The translations under genes and the position numbers were made by a program. A stretch of DNA of 64,000 nucleotides from Macrostomum lignano. Taxonomy: Eukaryota. The notes beneath the pieces are model-generated. The model was not told the origin of the DNA. It searched no databases and saw nothing but the letters and a program-made list of their open reading frames with translations. Of the stretch, positions 28,237 through 40,345 are shown piece by piece; position 1 is the stretch's first letter, and each line of letters begins with the position of its first letter. The DNA lies in assembly GCA_002269645.1 (NCBI GenBank), contig NIVC01002298.1, positions 87,970 to 151,969 of the forward strand, in the 5' to 3' direction.

Positions 28237-30180
28237 GTGAAGTACTTGCTCTTGCCTGTGGTTCTTGACTAGAAGCTTCCGATCCGATAGAGGCGCTGCC
28301 ACCAATGGAGTGCTGAGGGCCGTCTCGGGTTGTCTCGGGATGGTCTGGCTGATCTCCTAGCGCTGGGCGATGACCTCTGGTCGGTGGTTTCTTAGTTCTC
28401 GTAGCGTAGGTAGTGCTGCCACCAGCTTCGCAGAGTCGCAGCCTTCGGTGAGGTGCTGAGCTCGTATAAGCAAATAACTAAGACGAGAGAGACAGACTCG
28501 CACTTCGTGCAGATTTAGCAGTTCTTGAGCAGAGGTGTCCGCAGTCAGCAGTCCCTGCCGGGCTAGTGCGGGGTTAGAGCGATGGTGCTAGCTTCGGGCG
28601 ATCTAAGCTGGCCTGCTAATTCATAGCAGGAGCAAAGATCAAACCTGCACACAACTGAGAGCCTTGGGCTGAAGGGAATCTCGGAGACTGGTTGAAATAG
28701 AGAGGCAGATAAACGCTTGTCTGAGCCAAGCCATGAGAGGGGCTGCATCTATAGGGAGAATCGTTTGCACCATAGTGAGGTAGGGGCGGAGAAGAAAATA
28801 AACTTTGAAATCGGTCAGTTGCTGACACCAATGAGATGGGGCGGTTAAACTTTAAATTGCTGCCTGTGTTGTCTCGGCACTCGTAAAGCCGGAAAATTTC
28901 ACGAACTGATGCGTTTAGCTTCTCCTTTGATACTCCGTCTGCCGGGTCCTCAATTCCTGGGGAGGGTAGTCGTAATTCGCAGTCGAGCAGTCTTTTAACG
29001 GCACGGTCGTTCAATTGGGTCCTCAGACGCCGTAAATTTCGTAAACTGTCGATATGCTCGGTTTGTTACTATCAGTAGTAAAGTAGCGAACACATGGAAA
29101 CGACAAGCATGAGAGCAAAATTGGTTAAAACAAACGTATAAATAGTATTGGACACGACTAATCCCAGGGGGTGGGGCACCGAGTGGGACAGAGAAAGGAG
29201 CACCCAAAGGAAAAGGGGAAAAACCGGCCGCTGGACACAGTAAAACAGACAAGGGATGGGCAGCGATTGGAGCAAACAGGGAAGCAACGGACGGGACAAC
29301 CAGGGGAACAGTCAAGGGAACAACCGATGAAAACAATGACGTCAGTCCGTCAGTAGATGGAAAACCGCCTTGTTCGCGCTAGCGACCGCTGTCGTCCTCC
29401 GAGTGGTAGACCGGCCTACCACAATAGCACGAAAGACCCCGCGGAGAGTCATGGGTGACTCTGTTGCTATTTTTAGCAACAAGCGAGCGGGTTCTGCCTC
29501 AGGAGGCAGGGGTCCTGGCGCACGTGATGTCCCATAAACACAAGCCCAGCGTACAATGATAAATCATTGCACTTTGGACTAAAGAAGGAAGCAGGCCCTG
29601 TCATGTGACTGGCTCACATGACAGGGGGGAAAGGGCCCACAAGTGAAGGCACTCGTGACCTTGGGACCGGAAAACAGGACAGCACTCCAAATTTGGAGAT
29701 GCCAAACAGAGAACGAAACAGAGGCAGGCCAGACCAAGCTGTCTGGGCACTGCAAAACGAAAACACGAGACAAAAAGGGGCAAACGAGGACAAACAGACA
29801 GACAGGCAAACGGGCAAGGGACAGGCAACTGCCCAGCGGCAGACAGAAACCTGGGGCGAGGGCGAGGGAAACAGCTGACTAGTGCGGCGCCTAACTAAAC
29901 TATCGACTCACTACACAAGTGTTTTGCGCAAGAAATTCATATGACACAATATCTGGCAATACGGAGAGAGAATAGGGTTGGCATAATTTGTTAACAGAAA
30001 TCACCACAAAATTACCCGAACAACAGTAAAAATTCTTCATGTTGACTAAGTGGTAGGAATCTAATCTGTACTACCCAAGATCACTACCCAATGTCTGAAG
30101 TTCTGCTAGAAGAGTGTTTTCAAATGCCTCAGTTTACATGAGTGACGCAAGGCCGACAGGTAGATGCCCAGATACAGATG

Positions 30181-32612
30181 ATGAAAGCCGAAATGTGTCC
30201 ACAGAAATCACCACAAATGATCTGGATGCTATCATGCATTTGGAGTACTTGCAAAGAAGCCGATCTGAACACCCAAAAGTCCATTTAACTCTGCCATTTC
30301 TGTTAAAAGTGCCTTTTATCTACGTAACTGGACATATATACATGACTCAAATATGGCAGGTGGGTGCCCAGACTCAGTTAGTGAAAGCCGAAATGTGTCC
30401 ACAGAAATCACCATAAATGATCTGGATGCTATCATGCATTTGGAGTACTTGCAAAGAAGCCGATCTGAACACCCAAAAGTCCATTTAACTCTGCCATTTC
30501 TGTTAAAAGTGCCTTTTATCTACGTAACTGGACATATATACATGACTCAAATATGGCAGGTGGGTGCCCAGACTCAGTTAGTGAAAGCCGAAATGTGTCC
30601 ACAGAAATCACCACAAATGATCTGGATGCTATCATGCATTTGGAGTACTTGCAAAGAAGCCGATCTGAACACCCAAAAGTCCATTTAACTCTGCCATTTC
30701 TGTTAAAAGTGCCTTTTATCTACGTAACTGGACATATATACATGACTCAAATATGGCAGGTGGGTGCCCAGACTCAGTTAGTGAAAGCCGAAATGTGTCC
30801 ACAGAAATCACCACAAATGATCTGGATGCTATCATGCATTTGGAGTACTTGCAAAGAAGCCGATCTGAACACCCAAAAGTCCATTTAACTCTGCCATTTC
30901 TGTTAAAAGTGCCTTTTATCTACGTAACTGGACATATATACATGACTCAAATATGGCAGGTGGGTGCCCAGACTCAGTTAGTGAAAGCCGAAATGTGTCC
31001 ACAGAAATCACCACAAATGATCTGGATGCTATCATGCATTTGGAGTACTTGCAAAGAAGCCGATCTGAACACCCAAAAGTCCATTTAACTCTGCCATTTC
31101 TGTTAAAAGTGCCTTTTATCTACGTAACTGGACATATATACATGACTCAAATATGGCAGGTGGGTGCCCAGACTCAGTTAGTGAAAGCCGAAATGTGTCC
31201 ACAGAAATCACCACAAATGATCTGGATGCTATCATGCATTTGGAGTACTTGCAAAGAAGCCGATCTGAACACCCAAAAGTCCATTTAACTCTGCCATTTC
31301 TGTTAAAAGTGCCTTTTATCTACGTAACTGGACATATATACATGACTCAAATATGGCAGGTGGGTGCCCAGACTCAGTTAGTGAAAGCCGAAATGTGTCC
31401 ACAGAAATCACCACAAATGATCTGGATGCTATCATGCATTTGGAGTACTTGCAAAGAAGCCGATCTGAACACCCAAAAGTCCATTTAACTCTGCCATTTC
31501 TGTTAAAAGTGCCTTTTATCTACGTAACTGGACATATATACATGACTCAAATATGGCAGGTGGGTGCCCAGACTCAGTTAGTGAAAGCCGAAATGTGTCC
31601 ACAGAAATCACCACAAATGATCTGGATGCTATCATGCATTTGGAGTACTTGCAAAGAAGCCGATCTGAACACCCAAAAGTCCATTTAACTCTGCCATTTC
31701 TGTTAAAAGTGCCTTTTATCTACGTAACTGGACATATATACATGACTCAAATATAGCAGGTGGGTGCCCAGACTCAGTTAGTGAAAGCCGAAATGTGTCC
31801 ACAGAAATCACCACAAATGATCTGGATGCTATCATGCATTTGGAGTACTTGCAAAGAAGCCGATCTGAACACCCAAAAGTCCATTTAACTCTGCCATTTC
31901 TGTTAAAAGTGCCTTTTATCTACGTAACTGGACATATATACATGACTCAAATATGGCAGGTGGGTGCCCAGACTCAGTTAGTGAAAGCCGAAATGTGTCC
32001 ACAGAAATCACCACAAATGATCTGGATGCTATCATGCATTTGGAGTACTTGCAAAGAAGCCGATCTGAACACCCAAAAGTCCATTTAACTCTGCCATTTC
32101 TGTTAAAAGTGCCTTTTATCTACGTAACTGGACATATATACATGACTCAAATATGGCAGGTGGGTGCCCAGACTCAGTTAGTGAAAGCCGAAATGTGTCC
32201 ACAGAAATCACCACAAATGATCTGGATGCTATCATGCATTTGGAGTACTTGCAAAGAAGCCGATCTGAACACCCAAAAGTCCATTTAACTCTGCCATTTC
32301 TGTTAAAAGTGCCTTTTATCTACGTAACTGGACATATATACATGACTCAAATATAGCAGGTGGGTGCCCAGACTCAGTTAGTGAAAGCCGAAATGTGTCC
32401 ACAGAAATCACCACAAATGATCTGGATGCTATCATGCATTTGGAGTACTTGCAAAGAAGCCGATCTGAACACCCAAAAGTCCATTTAACTCTGCCATTTC
32501 TGTTAAAAGTGCCTTTTATCTACGTAACTGGACATATATACATGACTCAAATATGGCAGGTGGGTGCCCAGACTCAGTTAGTGAAAGCCGAAATGTGTCT
32601 ACAGAAATCACC
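30181..32612 (+). repeat. 200-bp satellite, about 12 near-identical copies, flanked by diverged ancestral units (29994-30180, 32600-32670)
   Basis: Exact 200-bp register (gtgaaagccg at 30381, 30581 ... 32581); only a few SNPs. Confidence 0.98.
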
Positions 32613-32915
32613 ACAAAATTATCTGAACAACAGTAAACATTCTTCATGTTGACTGAGTGGTAAAAATCCAATAAGTCTGTAAGACCGATGGGTTTAACTT
32701 CATTACTTAAAGTTATTATGCTATAGATAAAATTTGCATATTTTTATTATATTCATTAGTTATATGTGTCAAGTTTTTAAATAACCATGTAAAAATTTTA
32801 ATCAACCTTCATTATGACCATAGTAGAAACTATGGTTAATAGTTGCTTGTTTTACAACAAATAGTTACATTTACTTTCTATCTGCAGCTTTTTAGACCAC
32901 CATCAGCTGCTCATC

Positions 32916-35900
32916 ATGTTCTCCTTCCTGCGCAAACAAGAAGATCATGACTCTGAAACCTTTGACTCTGTGGCCAGTGGCATGAGGAAGATCTATAAAA
33001 ACAAATTGTTGCCACTTGAGGAAGCCTACAAGTTCCATGAGTTTCACCAGCCAGCACTGGAGGATGCTGACTTTTACAGGTGAGTCTTTTGGCCGCAGTG
33101 CCTGAGTGATTTTAATTAGACAGATTTTTGGACTGGCCAATTTTAATATTTTTACTCCTATTCTCAAGGAGGGGATTTTGAGATTTCAAGTTTGAGTTGA
33201 ATTGGTGAGATTTGGGGTTCTGATTCTCAAAGGGACATTCGGGTGACTTTTCTAATCTCACATTGAGATTTTTGGGATTCATAACCTCAAATGGAAGATT
33301 TTTGGGATTCATTATCTTATTGAGGAGATTTTTGGGATTCATGATCTCAAATGGAAGATTTTTGGGATTCATTATCTTATTGAGGAGATTTTTGGGATTC
33401 ATGATCTCAAAAGAGACTTTTTGGGATTCATGATCTCAAATGAGAGATTTTTGGGATTCATTATCTTATTGAGAAGATTTTTGGGATTCATGATCTCAAA
33501 AGAGACTTTTTGGGATTCATGATCTCAAATGGGAGATTTTTGGGATTCATTATCTTATTGAGGAGATTTTTGGGATTCATGATCTCAAAAGAGACTTTTT
33601 GGGATTCATGATCTCAAATGGGCGATTTTTGGGATTCATGATCTCAAATGGGAGATTTTGGAAGTCATAATCTCAAATAGGAGATTTTGGGATTCACGAT
33701 CTCAATGGGGAGATTTTGGGATTCATGATCGTAAAAGAAGTCCTTGATTCCTAAAACCAACGTGGATGTTTACTGCGAGCTGGGTTTCTTGTTGTGAAAG
33801 ACTTGCTTTTATATTTTAAATCACCTGTGGAGGTAGATTTCTGCAGTCTTACTAAATATCTCTCCCATTAATCTGTTGCAGCAAGCCAATGATCCTGCTG
33901 GTTGGTCAGTACTCAACAGGCAAGACCACCTTCATCAAATACCTGCTTGAGACCGATTTCCCCGGCATTCGGATTGGCCCGGAGCCAACTACAGATCGCT
34001 TCATTGCCGTGATGCACGATGAGCACGAGGGAGTTGTGCCCGGCAACGCCCTGGTGGTGGACACCCAGAAGCCCTTCCGGCCGCTGTCTCGGTTCGGCAA
34101 CGCCTTTCTGAACCGCTTCCAGTGCTCAACTCTCAATAACGAAGTGCTCAAGTCAATTTCTATTATTGATACTCCCGGGATCTTGTCTGGTAAGTCACTG
34201 CTGAAGGAGAAGGGCTTGGGAACTGCTTCATGGATCACTGCATGACCGAGTGTATGACCTGCTTCATGGATCACTGCATGACCCAGTGTATGACCTGCTT
34301 CATGGATCACTGCATGACCCAGTGTATGACCTTCATAGATCACTGCATGACCCAGTGTATGACCTTCATAGATCACTGCATGACCCAGTGTATACCTGCT
34401 TCATGGATCACTGCATGACCCAGTGTATTACCTGCTCCATGGATCACTGTATGACCCAGTGTATACCTGCTTCATGGATCACTGCATGACCCAGTGTATT
34501 ACCTGCTCCATGGATCACTGTATGACCCAGTGTATTACCTGCTCCATGGATCACTGTATGACCCAGTGTATGACCTTCATAGATCACTGCATGACCCAGT
34601 GTATACCTGCTTCATGGATCACTGTATGACCCAGTGTATTACATGCTTCATGGATCACTGCATGACCCAGTGTATTACCTGCTCCATGGATCACTGTATG
34701 ACCCAGTGTATACCTGCTCCATGGACCACTGTATGACCCAGTGTATGACCTGCTCCATGGATCACTGTATGACCCAGTGTATTACCTGCTCCATGGATCA
34801 CTGTATGACCCAGTGTATGACCTTCATAGATCACTGCATGACCCAGTGTATACCTGCTTCATGGATCACTGTATGACCCAGTGTATTACATGCTTCATGG
34901 ATCACTGCATGACCCAGTGTATTACCTGCTCCATGGATCACTGTATGACCCAGTGTATACCTGCTCCATGGACCACTGTATGACCCAGTGTATGACCTGC
35001 TCCATGGATCACTGTATAACCCAGTGAATGACCTGCTTCATGGACTACTATTAAACCGGCACACCTTAGGCGAGAAGCAGCGGGTGGACCGCGGCTACTC
35101 CATGAACGAGGTGATCGAATGGTTCGCCGCCCGGGTTGACCGGATCGTCCTGCTGTTCGACGCGCACAAGCTGGACATCTCTGACGAGTTCAAGGCCGTC
35201 ATCGAGAGCATGAAGGGCTACGAGGATAAGATTCGGATTGTGCTCAACAAAGCCGATATGATAGACTCGCAACAGCTCATGCGGGTGTACGGAGCGCTCA
35301 TGTGGAGCTTAGGTAGGCTTGATCCCTGTTGCGAATTGTAATTTAATCATTCCAAGCCTGCTCATATCTTTGATTCCAGGCCTTTAATGCTATGAGTCTC
35401 ATTAGACCTCTAATCCTTATTAGGTCTCTAATCCTCTGCTCCCCATGCATCTCTAATCCTCTGATCCCCATGGCTCTCTAATCCTCTGATCCCCATGCCT
35501 CTCTAATCCTCTGATCCCCATGGCTCTCTAATCCTCTGATCCCCATGGCTCTCTAATCCTCTGATCCCCATGCCTCTCTAATCCTCTGATCCCCATGGCT
35601 CTCTAATCCTCTGATCCCCATGGCTCTCAAATCCTCTGATCCCCATGGCTCTCAAATCCTCTGATCCCCATGCCTCCATAATCCTCTGATCCCCATGGCT
35701 CTCTAATCCTCTGATCCCCATGCCTCTATAATCCTCTGATCCCCATGGCTCTCAAATCCTCTGATCCCCATGCCTCTCAAATCCTCTCATCCCCATGCCT
35801 CTCAAATCCTCTGATCCCCATGCCTCTCAAATCCTCTGATCCCCATGCCTCTCAAATCCTCTCATCCCCATGCCTCTCAAATCCTCTGATCCCCATGGCT

Positions 35901-38900
35901 CTCAAATCCTCTCATCCCCATGGCTCTCTAATCCTCTGATCCCCGTGGCTCTATAATCCTCTGATCCCCATGCCTCTCTAATCCTCTGATCCCCATGGCT
36001 CTCTAATCCTCTGATCCCCATGGCTCTCAAATCCTCTGATCCCCATGGCTCTCAAATCCTCTGATCCCCATGCCTCTCAAATCCTCTGATCCCCATGGCT
36101 CTCTAATCCTCTGATCCCCATGCCTCTATAATCCTCTGATCCCCATGGCTCTCAAATCCTCTGATCCCCATGCCTCTCAAATCCTCTCATCCCCATGCCT
36201 CTCAAATCCTCTGATCCCCATGCCTCTCAAATCCTCTGATCCCCATGCCTCTCAAATCCTCTCATCCCCATGCCTCTCAAATCCTCTGATCCCCATGGCT
36301 CTCAAATCCTCTCATCCCCATGGCTCTCTAATCCTCTGATCCCCGTGGCTCTATAATCCTCTGATCCCCATGGCTCTCAAATCCTCTGATCCCCATGCCT
36401 CTCAAATCCTCTGATCCCCATGGCTCTCAAATCCTCTGATCCCCATGGCTCTCAAATCCTCTGATCCCCATGGCTCTAATCCTCTGATCCCCATGCCTCT
36501 CTAATCCTCTGATCCCCATGCCTCTCTAATCCTCTGATCCCGATGCCTCTCAAATCCTCTGATCCCCATGCCTCTAATCCTCTGATCCCCATGGCTCTCA
36601 AATCCTCTGATCCCCATGGCTCTCAAATCCTCTGATCCCCATGGCTCTCAAATCCTCTGATCCTCATGCCTCTCAAATCCTCTGATCCCCATGGCTCTCA
36701 AATCCTCTGATCCCCATGGCACTAATCCTCTGATCCCCATGGCTCTAATCCTCTGATCCCCATGGCTCTATAATCCTCTGATCCCCATGGCTCTCAAATC
36801 CTCTGATCCCCATGCCTCTCAAATCCTCTGATCCTCATGCCTCTCAAATCCTCTGATCCCCATGCCTCTCAAATCCTCTGATCCCCATGCCTCTAATCCT
36901 CTGATCCCCATGGCTCTCAAATCCTCTGATCCCCATGGCTCTATAATCCTCTGATCCCCATGGCTCTCAAATCCTCTGATCCCCATGGCTCTATAATCCT
37001 CTGATCCCCATGGCTCTCAAATCCTCTGATCCCCATGGCTCTATAATCCTCTGATCCCCATGGCTCTCAAATCCTCTGATCCCCATGGCTCTCAAATCCT
37101 CTGATCCTCATGCCTCTCAAATCCTCTGATCCCCATGGCTCTCAAATCCTCTGATCCCCATGCCTCTAATCCTCTGATCCCCATGGCTCTCAAATCCTCT
37201 GATCCCCATGGCTCTATAATCCTCTGATCCCCATGGCTCTAATCCTCTGATCCCCATGGCTCTCAAATCCTCTGATCCCCATGGCTCTATAATCCTCTGA
37301 TCCCCATGGCTCTAATCCTCTGATCCCCATGGCTCTAATCCTCTGATCCTCATGCCTCTCTAATCCTCTGATCCCCATGGCTCTCAAATCCTCTGATCCC
37401 CATGCCTCTCCAATCCTCTGATCTCCATGGCTCCCTAATCCTCTGATCCCCATGCCTCTCCCGCAGGCAAGGTGCTGTACACCCCCGAGGTGGCCCGGGT
37501 GTACATCGGCAGTTTCTGGAACGAGCCGCTGAAGTTCGAGACCAACAAGCGCCTGTTCGAGCTGGAGGCGCAGGACCTGTTCCGCGACCTGCAGTCGCTG
37601 CCGCGCAACGCCACGCTGCGCAAGCTCAACGACCTGATCAAGCGGGCCCGGCTGGCCAAGACCCACGCCTACATCATCGCCGCACTGCGCAAGGAGATGC
37701 CCTCAGTGTTCGGCAAGGACAACAAGAAGAAGCAGCTGATCCGGGACCTGCAGCAGATCTACACCAACGTGGCCAGGGAGCACAACATCAGCCTGGGGGA
37801 CCTGCCCAACCTGGCCAGAATGCAGCAGGCTCTTGAGCACGCCGACTTCTCCAAGTTTCAGCCGTTAAAGGAGCGGCTGATCAACACTGTGGACGCCATG
37901 CTTAGCGACGATATCGCTAAGCTGATGCAGCAGATTCCGCAGGTGGGCAGGCAGCTTCACTGAGCTTGATTTGCATCCTTATATCCCGTATCCCATTAGA
38001 TCTCATTGAAATCCCACTTCTCCCTGAGAAATCCCATATCCCACCTGTCCATTTGAGAAATCCCATATTGAAATCCCACCTGTCTCTCTGAGAAATCCCA
38101 TATTCCCATATTAAAATTCTACCTGTCTCTCTGAGATCCCATTAAAATTCCACCTGTGTCTTTGAGAAATCCCATATTAAAATTCTACCTGTCTCTCTGA
38201 GATCCCATTAAAATTCCACCTGTCTTTGAGAAATCCCATATTGAAATCCCACCTGTGTCTTTGAGAAATCCCATATTAAAATTCTACCTGTCTCTCTGAG
38301 ATCCCATTAAAATTCCACCTGTCTTTGAGAAATCCCATATTGAAATCCCACTTGTGTCTTTGAGAAATCCCATACTGAAATCCCACCTGTGTCTTTGAGA
38401 AATTCTACCTGTCCCACTGAGATCCCATTAAAATTTCACCTGTCTCTTTACATAATCACATATTAAAATTCCACCTGTACCTCTGAGATCGTATTACCAG
38501 GGTAAAGTCTCACTTGTCTCCCTGTGAAATCCCATAATGAAATCCCACCTGTCTTAGGGATCTCATATTGAAATCCCATAAGATCCCAAATTAAAATCCC
38601 ATATATCTTCCTACCTGGTATGTATCTGAAAATTCCATGTATCCTAAATTAAAATCTCACCGTCTCTTTGGGAGATCCGATATTGAAATCCCAAAACATC
38701 GCAGAGATCCCATATTGAAATCCCAAAACATCGCAGAGATCCCATATTGAAATCCCAAAACATCGCAGAGATCCCATATTGAAATCCCAAAACATCGCAG
38801 AGATCCCATATTGAAATCCCAAAACATCACAGAGATCCCATATTGAAATCCTAAAACATCGCAGAGATCCCATATTGAAATCCCAAAACATCGCAGAGAT

Positions 38901-39793
38901 CCCATATTGAAATCCTAAAACATCGCAGAGATCCCATATTTAAATCCTAAAACATCGCAGAGATCCCATATTGAAATCCCAAAACATCGCAGAGATCCCA
39001 TATTGAAATCCCAAAACATCGCAGAGATCCCATATTGAAATCCCAAAACATCACAGAGATCCCATATTGAAATCCTAAAACATCGCAGAGATCCCATATT
39101 GAAATCCCAAAACATCGCAGAGATCCCATATTGAAATCCTAAAACATCGCAGAGATCCCATATTTAAATCCTAAAACATCGCAGAGATCCCATATTGAAA
39201 TCCCAAAACATCGCAGAGATCCCATATTGAAATCCCAAAACATCGCAGAGATCCCATATTGAAATCCCAAAACATCGCAGAGATCCCATATTGAAATCCC
39301 AAAACATCGCAGAGATCCCATATTGAAATCCCAAAACATCGCAGAGATCCCATATTAGCTGATGCGATCCGCCCGCCTCCCGCAGGAGTCCTCCACCCAG
39401 ACCAAGGAATGGGGCGCCATCGAGGGCGGCGCCTTCAACCAGGCCGGGGACGACAATCCGTTCGCCTTCAGCGACAACCTTGGCCTGGCGGCGGGCAAGT
39501 TCGACCACGACTGGATCGTGAACCGGTTCCGCGAGGAGTACGACTCCGCCTTCTACGCCATGGGGCCGGTGGACGGCAAAATCACCGGCGCCCAGGCCAA
39601 GGACGAGATGAGCCGCTCCAAGCTGCCCTTCCAGCAGCTCGGCAAGATCTGGAAGCTGGCCGACATCGACCAGGATGGCATGCTGGACATTGACGAGTTC
39701 GCGCTGGCCAAGTACCTCATCAGGCTGAGGCTGGACGGCCACGAGCTGCCGAACCAGCTGCCAGACCACCTCATGCCGCCCAGCAAGAAGTGA
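32916..39793 (+). CDS. EHD1: EH domain-containing protein (EHD1-4/RME-1/Past1 family), 532 aa; exons 32916-33079, 33882-34189, 35070-35312, 37467-37942, 39386-39793
   Basis: Motifs KLLPLEEAYKFHEF, P-loop GQYSTGKT, IGPEPTTDRF, DTPGILSGEKQ, NKAD, RVYIGSFW and a C-terminal EH domain (LGKIWKLADIDQDGMLDIDEFALA). All introns GT-AG with consistent phases 2,1,1,0; total 1599 nt. Confidence 0.97.
33200..33730 (+). repeat. ~30-33-bp minisatellite in EHD intron 1 (gagatttttgggattcatgatctcaaatgg)
   Basis: About 14 copies in two subtypes. Confidence 0.9.
34222..35046 (+). repeat. ~35-36-bp minisatellite in EHD intron 2 (atggatcactgcatgacccagtgtatgacctgcttc)
   Basis: About 23 copies filling the intron. 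Confidence 0.95.
35420..37460 (+). repeat. 23-25-bp minisatellite in EHD intron 3 (atcctctgatccccatggctctca)
   Basis: About 80 copies; the last unit runs into the splice acceptor. Confidence 0.96.
38000..39356 (+). repeat. Minisatellites in EHD intron 4: degenerate block, then a 32-bp array (gagatcccatattgaaatcccaaaacatcgca)
   Basis: Homogeneous from about 38670 to 39356. Confidence 0.93.
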
Positions 39794-40059
39794 TTGGGGA
39801 GCTCGGACTGCGGCGATGGACAGCTGCTGGTGATCAAGCCTGCTTTGGCGAATGAAGAGGATTTTAATTAAAAATTCAGTGATTTGTTTCAATTCTATCC
39901 TGAATTAATGGCCAGTTTTTTATATTTATTATTGATAAGGTTTTTAAGATCGATATTTGTATTTAATCAGTTACTGAAAATCGATGTTTTTATTCTAATT
40001 GATCAGTTATTAAATTTAGATATTTTAAATTGACCAGGTAATAAAATATCGTTATAAAT

Positions 40060-40345
40060 AATTTATCATTAATTGAATATCGATATAAATAATAATTCAG
40101 GTATTAAATATCGATATTTATAATTAATCAGGTATTGAATCAGGTATTGAATATCGATATTTATAATTGATCGGTTATTTAATATCGATATTTATAATTA
40201 ATCAGGTATTGAATATCGATATTTATAATTAATCAGGTATTGAATATCGATATTTATAATTAATCAGGTATTGAATATCGATATTTATAATTAATCAGGT
40301 ATTGAATATCGATATTTATAATTAATCAGATATTCAATATCGAGA
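40060..40345 (+). repeat. 31-bp array containing the palindrome aatatcgatatt, downstream of the EHD stop codon
   Basis: Period 31 at 40201/40232; AATAAA at 40477-40482 may be the EHD poly(A) signal. Confidence 0.85.

Larger units (their letters stand above)
26740..29915 (-). mobile_element. LTR-retroelement-like segment (no pol domains seen; 3' LTR absent; boundaries uncertain)
   Basis: Minus strand starts TGTAGTGAG at 29915; perfect 18-nt tRNA-Leu PBS (TGGTGGCAGCGGTGGGAT) at 28236-28219 preceded by CA-c; decayed minus-strand ORF pieces (28616-29014, 27586-28168, 27304-27516, 26995-27225). The left boundary is an estimate. Confidence 0.55.

Noticed and set aside
30353-32652. Repeated 111-aa ORFs as a tandem gene family, or the array as SL RNA/snRNA genes
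   Set aside because: The 200-bp period breaks frame; the putative 155-nt exon is not frame-preserving; no Sm site or recognisable SL, 5S or U-snRNA sequence (only a faint gactcaa..at.gca resemblance).
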